A DNA stretch of 64,000 nucleotides, from the NCBI GenBank assembly GCA_030390025.1, contig CM059438.1, positions 68,822,001 through 68,886,000 of the forward strand, written 5' to 3'. The notes under the pieces were generated by a model. It did no database searches. It was given only the letters and a program-made list of their open reading frames with translations, and was not told the DNA's origin. Origin of the DNA: Squalus acanthias (lineage: Eukaryota). The translations under genes and the position numbers were made by a program. Shown here in pieces: positions 9,321 to 21,266 of this stretch. Every line of letters starts with the position of its first letter. Position 1 is the first letter of the stretch.

Positions 9321-11964
9321 CCAGACGACTACAGTTAATCTTTCTAACTGCCTTTTATCACACCTCGGCAGAGAGACAATCACGGCAATCAAATGATCCA
9401 AAGACTTTACATCAAAGACGATAGCAAAATACAACAAAGACAATGAGGTGGGGTCACAGGGGGTCTAATGTGTCAGATGCTGCAGTCTGTATGGAAAACC
9501 AAAAACTTTCATATAAAAAGACAGGTCCACATTTGGGTATTCCTTTCAACAGTTGTGACCAAGAGTCACAGACCCAGAACATTAACCTTTCCCTTTGAGG
9601 TACAGACCTGTGCACTTCTAGTATTTTCTACTTCAGATTTCCCAGCTCTATGCTTTTTCTTTTGATCTGAACCTAGCATAAGTCTCATGCAAAATAGAAG
9701 TCCTTGCCTGCAGATGCCTTTGAGCGAGTCATTGCCTGGAACTCTGTTTTGTATGCAGAATTTCAAACACTTTGTAAACTTGAGTTGCTGAAGTATGCAC
9801 TAGTCTTTGGAAATACTCTACCTTACCTGTTGTTACCCAAGTACAATTTCTCCAAACCTTTCTGGGCCCTCATCCATAGAATCATGTTATAAGACAACTA
9901 ACTTTGTTCAGTTCCCTTTGTCCCTGTTGTTACACCATCTGGTCACCACCATAAGCCCTCTGGTTGGTCAACCCAGCAGGTTCATCCCAGAAAGTTGGCA
10001 GTAGAGCTCCTGTAAGTGTGCTTAGAATCCTTGAGCTTAGGAGGAGGAAATTATCCAGAGTCCTGCTTCCTATCGCTATCCAGGGACTGCTGTTGGAAAG
10101 TGCACGTTTCAATGTCTTTAGTTTGCGTGTGATGCGCCTCATGGTAGATTAACCCGCTAATTTTCATTGTCTGGCCTCACGTATGAAGAATGGTCACTTG
10201 GGCGAAGTACTGGCTGACAACCAGCACTTTTGGAACTGTATCCTAGCAAAGAGTCAACACCTTCCGAGAGAGAAGGGAAGAAAATGACCAAAAAAAGAAA
10301 CCTCAGCAATTAAAGCCTGTTATTTCTTTTGTAAATATTTTAAACATGTAGCAAAGAATATACAGAGGGTTTGTTTCTTTTTTCTTTTCAATCTTTAAGT
10401 TAATTAAAAAGCGATCGGAATAGATAATCTACAAAAGAACTGCAGCAATCAAAAGTTGATTCATTTGTCCAATTTCAGTTTAAATTGCATAAAAATGATC
10501 TGAACAAGAAAAGATGTAAGAAAGATGTGACAAAATAAATCAGAACCTAATCAACAATCTCAATTCAGTTCACATTCTTCAAAGTAATTCTAATGAACTT
10601 CCTTATCTACAATGATTTTCTTCACATTATCATAGTTATCATCTGCGGAGACTGGATCTTAATGTCCAGGAAGAATTGTCTGTTGCATTCTCATTCTTGC
10701 CCTTTTGAACGCCCCCCCTCCCCCCTCAACAGTGCCTGCAAGTAGAAGAGAAGCTGTAAAGGGGAAATCGAAGCATGTGAGGAAGGCTAATGGTGAATTA
10801 TTGTGTAACTTTCTGATATAAAATCTCCTTTTCAAATTTAGTGCTCCTTACATTCGTCCTTATACTCAATGCAATCACAGAAAGGTCATCTGGCGAGTGT
10901 GACTGGTCAGGGTACAATAATGTTGATTGTAATATGAGATTAATAGCTTGGGGTTTTTTTTTGCTTGATTACCTTGGGGGCAAATTTCACAGAAGGTTTT
11001 ACCTGGAGTTGTTCACCTCCTTTAGAAGGTTAATAATGATTACTCCACAGGGTGTGGTGTTCTGCTTGACGCAGCTTATTGTGGCTGGCTCATAGTCTTA
11101 ATAGTGCCTGGCTTCAGGGACAGATTTGGATAAGTACATTGCTGGTAGGAGTGGAAAATTGCCATGCAAGTTGAAATGTAAAGGGACTCAGATGATTAGA
11201 GGGAAGTGTCAGATAAAAATTGTTACAGCCTTGGGAAAAACTTCGGAGGAATTTAGATCTATTGGCAGCCTTTATCGAGGCTGTAGGGGACAGGGCTAAG
11301 AAGTGACGGGCAAAAATGAAGTGAAAGAAAATGCACAAGTCTGCAGGCAGGTGACAATGGAAAGCAGCTTTGATGGCTGATAGTGCTACACAGGGTGGTT
11401 GCAAAGGGTCTGGCCCATCCTTACCGCTCCAGGCCACTGTCCTAACAGATTATCTTTGCTGCATGCCTGGAAACAAGGTGGGGACAAGGCTTCATGCTGA
11501 TGCTGGCTGTACCAGCTCTGTGCTGTGTGCTAACTGCGATGGCACAATTCCACATCTGATGCCCGAGGCCCTGTGAAGACAGTTCCCCCAAGGCCATTGC
11601 CAAGTAAGTGCCACAATGCCTGCACATATGGTTGGTGGCATCTCGGTGGGTACGGCCAAACAGTCTATGCTGGCTGCCTGATCACCCTGGCATGCTTTCT
11701 TTGTTGACAGCATGACGTACTGTGATTGAGGTGTTTCTGTTTCAGGCAGGAATTACTGGCAACAATACATATGCAAATCAGGTGAATCTGATCAGAAAAC
11801 ATCCCTTCGTGTTTACAGAAAATTGTATGTGATGTGTGGAATTTGTTAATTTACTGTATTCATATTCCATACAATATCTGGGGGAAGAACAGCCTCATCT
11901 CCCTTTGCTCACCATCTTATGCATTCAATATTGCCTTTTAAGATCATTCATGCTCAATACCACA

Positions 11965-12975
11965 GCATCACAGCCCCAGGACATCGCTGCAGGAGTTCCT
12001 CAGGGTAGTGTCACAGGCCCAACCATCTTCTGCTGCTTCATCAATGACCTTCCCTCCAACATAAGGTCAGAAATGGGGATGTTCGTTGATGACTGCACAG
12101 TGTTCAGTGCCATTCGCAACTCCACAGATAATGAAGCAGTCCATGCCCGCATGCAACAAGACCTGGACGACGTTCAGGCTTCGGCTGATAAGTGGCAGGT
12201 AACATTCGCGCCACAGAAGTGCCAAGCAATGACTATCTCCAACAAGCGAGAGTCTAACCACCTCCCCTTGACATTCAATGGCATTACCATCACCGAATCC
12301 CCCATTATCAACATCCTGGGGGTCACCATTAACCAGAAACTTAACTGGACCAGCCACATAAATACTGTGGCAACAAGAGCAGATCAGAGGCTAGGTATTC
12401 TGCGGCAAGTGTCTCACCTCCTGACTCCCCAAAGCCTTTCTACCATCTACAAGGCACAAGTCAGGAGTGTGATGGAATACTCTCCACTTGCCTGGATGAG
12501 TGCAGCTCCAACAACACTCAAGAAGCTCGACACCATCCAGGACAAAGCAGCCCGCTTGATTGGCACCCCATCCACCACCTTAAACATTCACTCCCTCCAC
12601 CATGCGTACCATGGCTGCAGTGCGTACCATCTACAAGATGCACTGCAGCAACTCGCCAAGGCTTCTTCGGCAACACCTCCCAAACCCGCGACCTCTTCCA
12701 CCTAGAAGGACAAGGGCAGCAGGCGTTGGGAACACCACCACCTCCAAGTTCCCCTCCAAGTCACACACCATCCTGACTTAGAAATATATCGCCGTTCCTT
12801 CATCGTTGCTGGGTCAAAGTCCTGGAACTCCCTCCCTAACAGCACTGTGGGAGTACCTTCACCACACGGACTGCAGCGGTTCAAGAAGGCGGCTCACCAC
12901 CACCTTCTCAAGGGCAATTAGGGATGGGCAATAAATTCTGGCATTGCCAGCGATGCCCTGATCCCATAAACGAAT
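11965..12975 (+). mobile_element. CR1-clade LINE, 5'-truncated 3' fragment (RT and tail)
   Basis: GVPQGS..GP, FVDD, WQVTFAPQKCQ and YKAQVRSVMEY motifs; tail shared with SINE family B. Confidence 0.92.
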
Positions 12976-13821
12976 TTAAAACAAACCTTGCCACCACACC
13001 AGTACCATTGTCCTTGATGGATGCAATGAAGGAGTCATAATTTCTGACACACCAGTAGTGTTTGCCATCCCCACCCAAATTTGATTGAATAACTTCAGTT
13101 GGAAAGGACGGTCTTGATGGGCCAAGTGACCTTCCCTTGTTCCATATCTGGTTATATTGTTGTGGTCTTCCTTGGCTATTTTAACAAGCAATATAAATAT
13201 TTGCAAAGATTTTAAATAGCAAAGTCTCCTTCTTTTGACAGGAGGCAAATGGGTTCTTTACTTCTGTCTGCACATCATATGTTCCTGTAAATGTACAATC
13301 AGGTCTACACCAAAATCTTCATTAAATGTGCATTCACCTTCCAAAACACAGTGGTCTGGAGTTTCCTCCACATTTGTGCCCAGACACATACCTAATCTGA
13401 GCACCAACAAATTTTGGGCGTAAGTGAGTTACGCACATAACGGCACTATGCCGGAGTCACCTTAATCTTTTACCTCCGTCGACTTAGAAAAAGTCATTCG
13501 CAAAATTCTCCGCAGAAGGTTACTAGTTAAGCTTAAAGTGACAGGGGTCAGGGTAAAACCTGGGAGTGAATAAGCAAATGGCTGAAGGGTAAGAAGCAAC
13601 AGGTACTTTACAAGTGGCTTTCTAACTGATCGGTCTAGCTTCTATGTTGCTGATTTTAATTTGTTCATTAGTATAGGTGAAAAAAGGAAGTAGAAATGAG
13701 TGAAAAAAGTGAAAGGTAGCTTAAAAAGGAGAGAAAGCAAGAATTAATAAATCGCATTTGTCCTTCACGATGAAATCTCTGTCCATTTCATAGGACCAAA
13801 AATCAAACCGGATCATTGCTA

Positions 13822-14126
13822 CAATATTGCCTTTTAAGATCATTCATGCTCAATACCACAGCATCACAGCCCCAGGACATAGCTGCAGGGGTTCCTCAGG
13901 GCAGTGTCCTAGGCCCAACCATCTTCAGCTGCTTCATCAATGACCTTCCCTCCAGCATAAGGTCAGAAATGGGGATGTTCGCTGATGACTGCGCAGTGTT
14001 CAGCACCATTCGCAACTCCACAGATAATGAAGCAGTCCATGCCCACATGCAACAAGACCTGGACGACATTCAGGCTTGGGCTGATAAGTGGCAGGTAACA
14101 TTCGCGCCACAGAAGTGCCAGGCAAT
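13822..14126 (+). repeat. 305-bp local duplicate of 11926-12230 (flank plus LINE 5' junction)
   Basis: An identical 40-nt non-LINE lead CAATATTGCC...ACCACAG is followed by the RT segment at about 94% identity by eye. Confidence 0.9.
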
Positions 14127-14192
14127 TGAGCATATAATCTAGGTTGACACTTCAGCGCAGTGCTGAGAAACTGGTGCATTGTCAAAGGCACT

Positions 14193-15943
14193 GGGGGAAG
14201 TTTTTCGGTGGTTGGGTGGGAAAAAAATGTTTTTGAAGCGGGTTGGGACCACGCTGTCAACCCGCCGCCGCGCCTTTCCCAGATGTCGGGTCTGTCAGCG
14301 CTGAACAGACCCGCCACGCAGTGGCGGGGGAAGCAATTCAGGTTATTATGACCTTGTTAACAACCCAATTACAAGTATTTTGAGCTCACCTTTACATTTT
14401 ATGAGATCGCCCACGGGGTCTATGCTGCTCGGGGATCACATCAGGTAAGCAGGTCGGGAGTTGTAGGACCATGGAATCATATCATTACTTGACAGCTGCA
14501 AATGTGCTATAAAAGCTCCCATCTCACAGCTGTTCACTTCCCAAGCTAAAAAGCTGTTGCTTACTGCATTTGGAAGATAGATTGAGCTTTATGCAGGTTG
14601 CAAGTGTTTGGAGTAAACTATCCAGTGTCACCTCATTGGAACAACCTCTCTCACCATTGACAGATCGCTTCTATCATCTCAAGTTCACCTGCCATCTATT
14701 ACATCAGTATTGGTGCCCTTGAAACTATCTCACCTTGGTCCTCAGAATCCCACCACGATCAGCCCCAACACCAGCAGCACCAAGCACACCAGCAGCACCA
14801 ACAACACCACCAACCTTCTCTGCAATCAACTGATGCTCCACAGGACAGAGGACATCAGCACTCAACCACATTGCTGCTTGGGACACCAGGGATGGCCTCA
14901 CCAGAGCCAGATTGACTGCACTTGACGCTGTACACCCTGGCTGCCACATGATGCATCAGGTTGGCACCACCCCACACCAACACCATAAAGCATCCCTACA
15001 ATGCTCAAGCCATTCCTTTCACACTCACCACCATTGTGGGGGTACCATTATGTCTCACCATTCACTGGAACTTACTAGCCACTTCCAAAGGTGGACAAAA
15101 ATCTGTCCAAGAATGCAAAGTGTTGAAAATAAAGGTTTCAATGTTTGACACCATATTAACAGAAACTTTACATGAACATTGCATAAAACACCCAAGTGCC
15201 TACCCTTGTGTGTTGTTAGTTGGTATGATTGGACTAGGATGAGGGTGAGTGTGAGGGATGGCTAGTGAGATGGGGAAGTGATAACGTAGATAAAGAGGGA
15301 TGGCTGGAGGTGCAAGGTAAGTTGGTGTGAGTAAGGATGTGCAGGAGTAGGGTAGGGAAGGCAGAGTGCTGGGGATGTGATGAGAGGCACAGCAGGATAA
15401 GGTTGAGTGTGGCTTTGCACTAACGTTTCGTGATCTACTGAGATGATTGAAAGCTTTGCGCCACTGCAGCCTGGTCCTCCTGATGACATCCCTGCTTGTG
15501 CCCTCCTGTGCAATGTGGAACCAGGCTGCGGTGGTGTCCTGGGGAGGTCTCTTCTGCCCATTGGAAGGGAAGAGAACCTCCCTGCGTGCTGTGACTCCCT
15601 CCATAAGCATATGGAGGGAGTCATGGGAGAACCTGGGTGGAGCCCTGCACCTCTGTGCAGTCATTGTCAGTGTTTGCAGCACCTCAATGCTGTAGAACCC
15701 GGACAGCACAACTGTCAAAATCAATTTGTGCATGGTCCCTTTAAGAAAACCGGCTGCTGAAGCATCATCAAATGAGGTCATCAGACCCGCTTCCTTCAAT
15801 TGGCCGGCAAACGCGTTGGGTGGGCTTAACAAGCCCAATCAGAGGAAAATCATTTTGGGCAGAAGGCTGGGGCCAGCAGCGAGGCCGGGGCCCGTCACCA
15901 ACATCGCCCGCCACAGACCGGCCAAGGTGGGGAAGTCGCGGCC
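14193..15943 (+). mobile_element. Non-autonomous Harbinger derivative E (about 1.75 kb): transposase N/C stub plus Myb exon 1
   Basis: ACT TSD at 14190-14192 and 15944-15946; colinear with the inverted copy at 58466-60105; TIRs are degenerate. Confidence 0.85.
15425..15664 (-). pseudogene. Myb/SANT exon 1 remnant of element E
   Basis: MTAQRCRAPPRFSHDSLHMLMEGV...W...RRTRLQWRKAFNHL followed by donor AAC|GTTAGT; downstream exons are absent. Confidence 0.8.
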
Positions 15944-16771
15944 ACTGTTTTCAGATGAGAGGTTAAACCGAGGTCCATCTTCTACCGCTGGTGGATGTAA
16001 AAAAATCTCCTGGAATTATTTGAAGAAGAGCAGGTTGTCTTCCTGGTGTTCTGGCCAACATTATTCTCTCAACCAATAGATCCGAAAACAGATTCAATTG
16101 TCACTTGCTGTTGGTGGGTCCTTGCAATGTGCAAATTGAATGCCACGTTTGACTATAGAGATATAGTGATGGCACATCAAAATAATTAATTGATTATAAA
16201 GTGCTTTGGGATGCCATGAAGATGTGATAAGGCACAACATATCTGCAAGTTCTTTCTTTCATGTTGTCTGCCTTGTGATCGCACATAATCCATCTTAATA
16301 AACAAAATCATGGCAAACCACAGAGCACTGTATTCATTTCATTGCAACTCACTTGTCTGCATAACTTCTTAATGATTTTGTAGCTGGGAATGAGGGGAAA
16401 GCAATTCCATGCATTAGGTCATTTGAATCATTTTCTCCGTGTGGAAACCTTTTTAACTGCAAAATGAGCCATAAGTAAGATGGGAGATTTAATTTGTCAA
16501 ATATAATTTGTACAGTCCACTGAAATGGTTGATTTCTCTTTTCTATTCCACCAAGCATTTAAGTACTTTTATCTTTGCACTATTAACCTATCAATTCACT
16601 TTAATCCATTTCTGGTAACTTGTTTTCAAGTGTAGTTTGATATTCCAAACAAGTTCACCATTAAAGCACACCATTTAGCAATTAAATGTGAATTCAAATC
16701 TCACTCTGGAACTTAAACATATAATCAAGGCTGAGACTCCAGTGCAGTGATGAGGGAGTGTTCTGTTGTCA

Positions 16772-17933
16772 AAAAGAAAGAAAGACTTGCATTTATATAG
16801 CACCTTTCACGACCACCAGACATCCCAAAGTGCTTTACAGCCAATGAAGTACTTTTTTGATGTGTAGTGTAAGCCTTTCTGTTACTATTGTTCTGACCTC
16901 GAGAATTACGAATAAGCGTAACAATGACAGATAAGTATGTGATTATTCACACTACAGTTCAAAATTCAAGTGTACATCACAATCAATATGCTCCTAATTT
17001 ACCGTACATAAAAGTACCCTTTAACACTATCAAAGCTCTATGTCCGACTTTCATACATACTCCTTTATCTCTGGGTGATTGGTCCAGAAAGTCATAAGTT
17101 GCAAACATCGACTGGCCAGCTTTCTTTTTTCCTCTGTTCTTCCTTCTTTCTGAATTTCCCATCTCTGGGTTATCTCTTTATAGTGCCTTTCTGCTGGCCT
17201 CCCTCATATATCACCATCTGCCTCCCTCTGATAGGACAGTTTCACTCCAAACCTTCCCTGATTGGTGTTCCTTCTGCATGACACATTCATGTTCCTGTGA
17301 TGTGTGTGGGGGTGGGACTTCCTCTTCAACCCGTGTTTCTACTTCCTGTCCATGTGGTCTCACAAACAAAGGACCATATGCTGACCACCAGGCAAAGGAC
17401 CCCCTGCTGACTTCCTCCATTTTGTCTCTTCAAAAACAAAGGAACACATGCTGCATGACTTCCTACAGTTTGAGTATTCCATAACCATTTCAGAACCCAT
17501 TCTGAACTTCGATCTCCACACGTTAGCAGCGCTTTTATTATGGTTTTTAGAATCTTACAGTAGTCACTGTTGTAATGTAAGAAACACAGCAGCCAATTTG
17601 TGCACAGCAAGCTACCACAGACCACAATGTGATAATGATCAGATAATCTGTTTTAGTGACGTTGATAAATATTGGCCAGGACACCAGGAATAACTCCCCT
17701 GCTCTTCTTTGAAATAGTGCCATGGGATCTTTTACGTCCACCTGAGAGAGCAGACAGGGCCTCGGTTTAACTTCTCATCCGAAAGATGGCAGCTCTGACA
17801 GTGCAGCATTCCCTCAGTATTGCACTGGAATGTCAGCCTAGATTTTTATGCTCAAGTCTCTGGCGTGGGACTTGAGCCCACAACCTTCATGACTCGAGAG
17901 ACAAGGGTGCTACCAACTGAGCCATGGCTGACA
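16772..17933 (-). mobile_element. DeuSINE interrupted by a solo LTR and nested in an older + strand DeuSINE (about 16690-18290)
   Basis: Tail at 16772-16867 and body/head at 17560-17933 rejoin as TGTGTAG|TCACTGTTGTAATG. Confidence 0.85.
16868..17559 (-). mobile_element. Solo LTR, 692 bp
   Basis: Termini TGTAAG...CTTACA (TG..CA with a 6-bp inverted repeat). 4-bp TSD GTAG at 16864-16867 and 17560-17563. Minus-strand CCAAT (17265-17261) and TATAAA (17182-17177). Confidence 0.88.
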
Positions 17934-20900
17934 TGCAAAGGAGCCATCATTCTATTGTGACACAGGAATCCAACACCCTGACAACCAATTCCAGTGGTTC
18001 AGGAGGACTTCAGAGATCTGATTGAAATATTTGAAAGAGATCAAGGAATTCCTTGGTGTCCTGGCCAAAATTTCTCCCTCAATTAGTATCACTAAAAACA
18101 GATTGACTGGTCATTTGTCGCAGTGCTGTTTGTGGATCTTGTGTACAAAATGGTTGCATAACATAAATGCAAAATGGATGCATAACAACAGTGGTTATAC
18201 TTTAAAGTAATTCATTTTATGTGTAGTGCTTTCAGACATTTCTGAGTAGCATGTTGAAATGTCACATAAATGCAAGTTTTTTTCTTTCAAATGCCATGAA
18301 GCATATTTTTCCTACAGCTTTGTTACTGCATCCCATGTTTCAATTGGGCATCCCAAATGCCTCCAGATATTGGTGTCACAAAAGATTTTATTCAATTATG
18401 CTCATTGTCTGCAGTTCCTGAATTACATTGGTAACCATTAGCCATCGCACAGCTGTCACTGAGCCTACATACTTATTGGCAGTCAGTTGTAATTAAACTA
18501 TTAAAATCAATTATCATTCAGAATGCAGATGTACCCACGGAGGCCTTGACCCCCCACAACTGATTTTGGGAACTTTTTTAAATAAGATACGAGCAAACCT
18601 ATGCCCAATCAGTATTAACTTTTGAAGACTTTGAATGGAAACCAGGTGCACTCAATAAGCTCACACTCAAATGATCGTCAGTGAAAATCCTGCTCTACAT
18701 TTCATTCCATGTCTGAGAAACCAAGCTTAAGTTAACTCCTGATAAAATCACCCAGTTGTCTTCTAACAGTCAGCCTGAATGCGAAGGAGATTTCAGAATT
18801 AATCACCTTGAGTAATATTCTCCATGTTGTACCCTTGCTGTGTTTCTTTCTGCCTGATTTAAGTTGTGTTTCCTGAATAAAACCTAAGGCACTTTACAAG
18901 CACTATGTCTGTACCAAGGAGATTCTTTATATTCTCAAACCAAATTTCAACACCAAAAATAAACCAGAAGCAGGGTTGTATTTTTCAAACTTCCTTGACC
19001 AGTGCTGTTAATTCTAAATTACGTGACAATCCTATCCCTGCATTGGTGTGAAATTTTACTGTTAAACGTTGAGCATCTCGATTTCTCTCCTTTATTTCTC
19101 CAGGTTTCATCGCAGTGAGAAAGCTGCCACTTAAAACTGTGAAGTGCATTATTTGTTGAAAAATGTTAAATGTAGATTTTAATTGGTAATAGGTGTCTAA
19201 AAGAATTTAAAATGGTGGCCCTTAAATAAATGGACTTAATTACAACTTACGATTAAAAAAAAAGTTGTTTCCGACAGAAAGGATGTGTTTGAGGTTGGAA
19301 CCTTGTGGGTATCAGACTTACTTGCAGTTAATACAGAAATAACTCATTCAAATTGAAATTTATGTTCATGAGCTTGGGGACTAGCTGTTTCCATAGGCCT
19401 CTCCTGAGCTTGTTAAGTAATGTTCTTAATATCCAGATTTGGGTTTTACCCTTTGACATATTGTGCTTTTTTTAAAGTGTTTATTGCAAACAGTAATTCC
19501 TATTTCATTTTGAATGTTATATAGTTTTCTGGCAGAATGTTACACAGGTTTATATCTCATTGCCATTTTAATTGAGTTGTGATGACATTAGGATTCAAGT
19601 TCAAAGCCTTTTGGCAATGTGCTGTACTCTGTTGCTTCTTGCGAGTCTTTTTTTTTTAAGAGGAATTAGGTAAGATGTGGACAGAAATTTTTCACACAGA
19701 CGCTGGCTTTTTCAATGTCAAAAATTCCCATTTGTTTTTTTCTTGATTGTAGTGCTGTCGTTCCTTGGTCGTAGATCGAGAATTGTTGAAATTTTTCTTT
19801 ATCAGTCATTCGTCCTCTTCCCACTCTCCATAAAAAAGACACCACATGCTGGGAAAGCCTTTAATGTCTCGTTGCTGCTTAGGCTTCAGCCACATTAACC
19901 CAGTAACAATGACAGCAGTGTATTAATTGTGAAATTCTCTATGTACAATCCATTTTGTTTTAAAGCGCCAGGCACATCATTGGAACTGACAGGGATCTGT
20001 AGTGGGTCTAAGAAGGTTATGCCTGAATGGTCCAAGTTGGATCACCTTAGGTTATAAATTCAATTTGGAACCTATCCCTGTAGCCTGTCCTAAGAAGCAC
20101 TAACTTTTTTACACCTTAATTAAAGTCATGTTTAAACATTGAGGGTAACCTGGCATCACCCGGCCATTGTACAACCTACCCTATTTTCACAACATTGAAT
20201 GGAATAAAAATTGGGCGGGTTCTACAATGAGTGGGTGATCCTCTCCAACAGGTTAATGTCCAGGCAGCAACATTTACAATGATCCCCTTGTTGTCTTCCT
20301 ATCGTATTGTCCGTCGGGTGGTATTCTTGCAAAGATTTTTGGAAAATATATTAAACGAAGCGGAATTGTTTCAATTTAAAATGTTGAAATTCTCCTTTCC
20401 GTTCCATTGTTGGTCAATGTTGCAATCCTCGGGGGTGAATGACTTATTACTCAGATCCCCTTAGAAAGCAACAATTTTGAGAATTTTTAAATGGAAAATT
20501 ACAGGACTCTGGATAGTATATTGCATGATATGTGGATTTTTTTTTTAAACTTTACTAATTAGCTGATCTACTTCAGCATTGTTGGTGTAGTCTAGGCTCT
20601 GAAGCATGGTTGTAATGTTTAGATGCCCGAGATGGAGCTGTGTTTAAGCCGGCCTGTCAGAGGCTAGTGCTGTAATATGAAGACAGGCAAGCACAACTTG
20701 AAGTTAATTAGAGGCTAATTGTTTAAAAAAATGATACATTGACAGCTGCTTGTAAATGCTTGGCTCTGGATCCATGGAGAGAAGTCAGGTTATCAAAGTC
20801 AAAAAAAAAACCCCCGCAGTAAATGATTGGCATTCTTTCTCTTTTGAAGCGTGAGTCTAAAATGAGAAAGTGTGATTGTTGTGTGCTGGATGCAGCCTTG

Positions 20901-21266
20901 CTATCCGATCTCCTGTGGCATTACTTATGGTTAGATGGATGATATGCTAAGGTCAGAAGTGTAATAGCATGTACTGTGAGATACATTTTGCTAAGATAGA
21001 GCTGTGGCACTTTAAGGAAACCGAAGCTGATTGTTTAGTAAACTGAGCCACAGGCCTATCAGTGATGAATTGTGTGGTCAGGGAACTCTTGAGGATTGAA
21101 AAGATTAATGGTGCAGGCCAAAGGCACCGAGCATTAAGTCACGGGCTATTTTTTATCCTTTTTTAAAACTATTTTACATCTGTAACACAGTCTGGCATCT
21201 GGACCCTCATTGTTAATATATTCCTAGCAGATTTCCTATGGCATTGGTCTTGGGGGAGTGCAGCAT

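Larger units (their letters stand above)
14127..16260 (+). mobile_element. Old DeuSINE split by Harbinger derivative E
   Basis: ...GTCAAAGGCACT | GTTTTCAGATGAGAGG... rejoins to match the intact SINE core at about 5905-5930. Confidence 0.8.
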
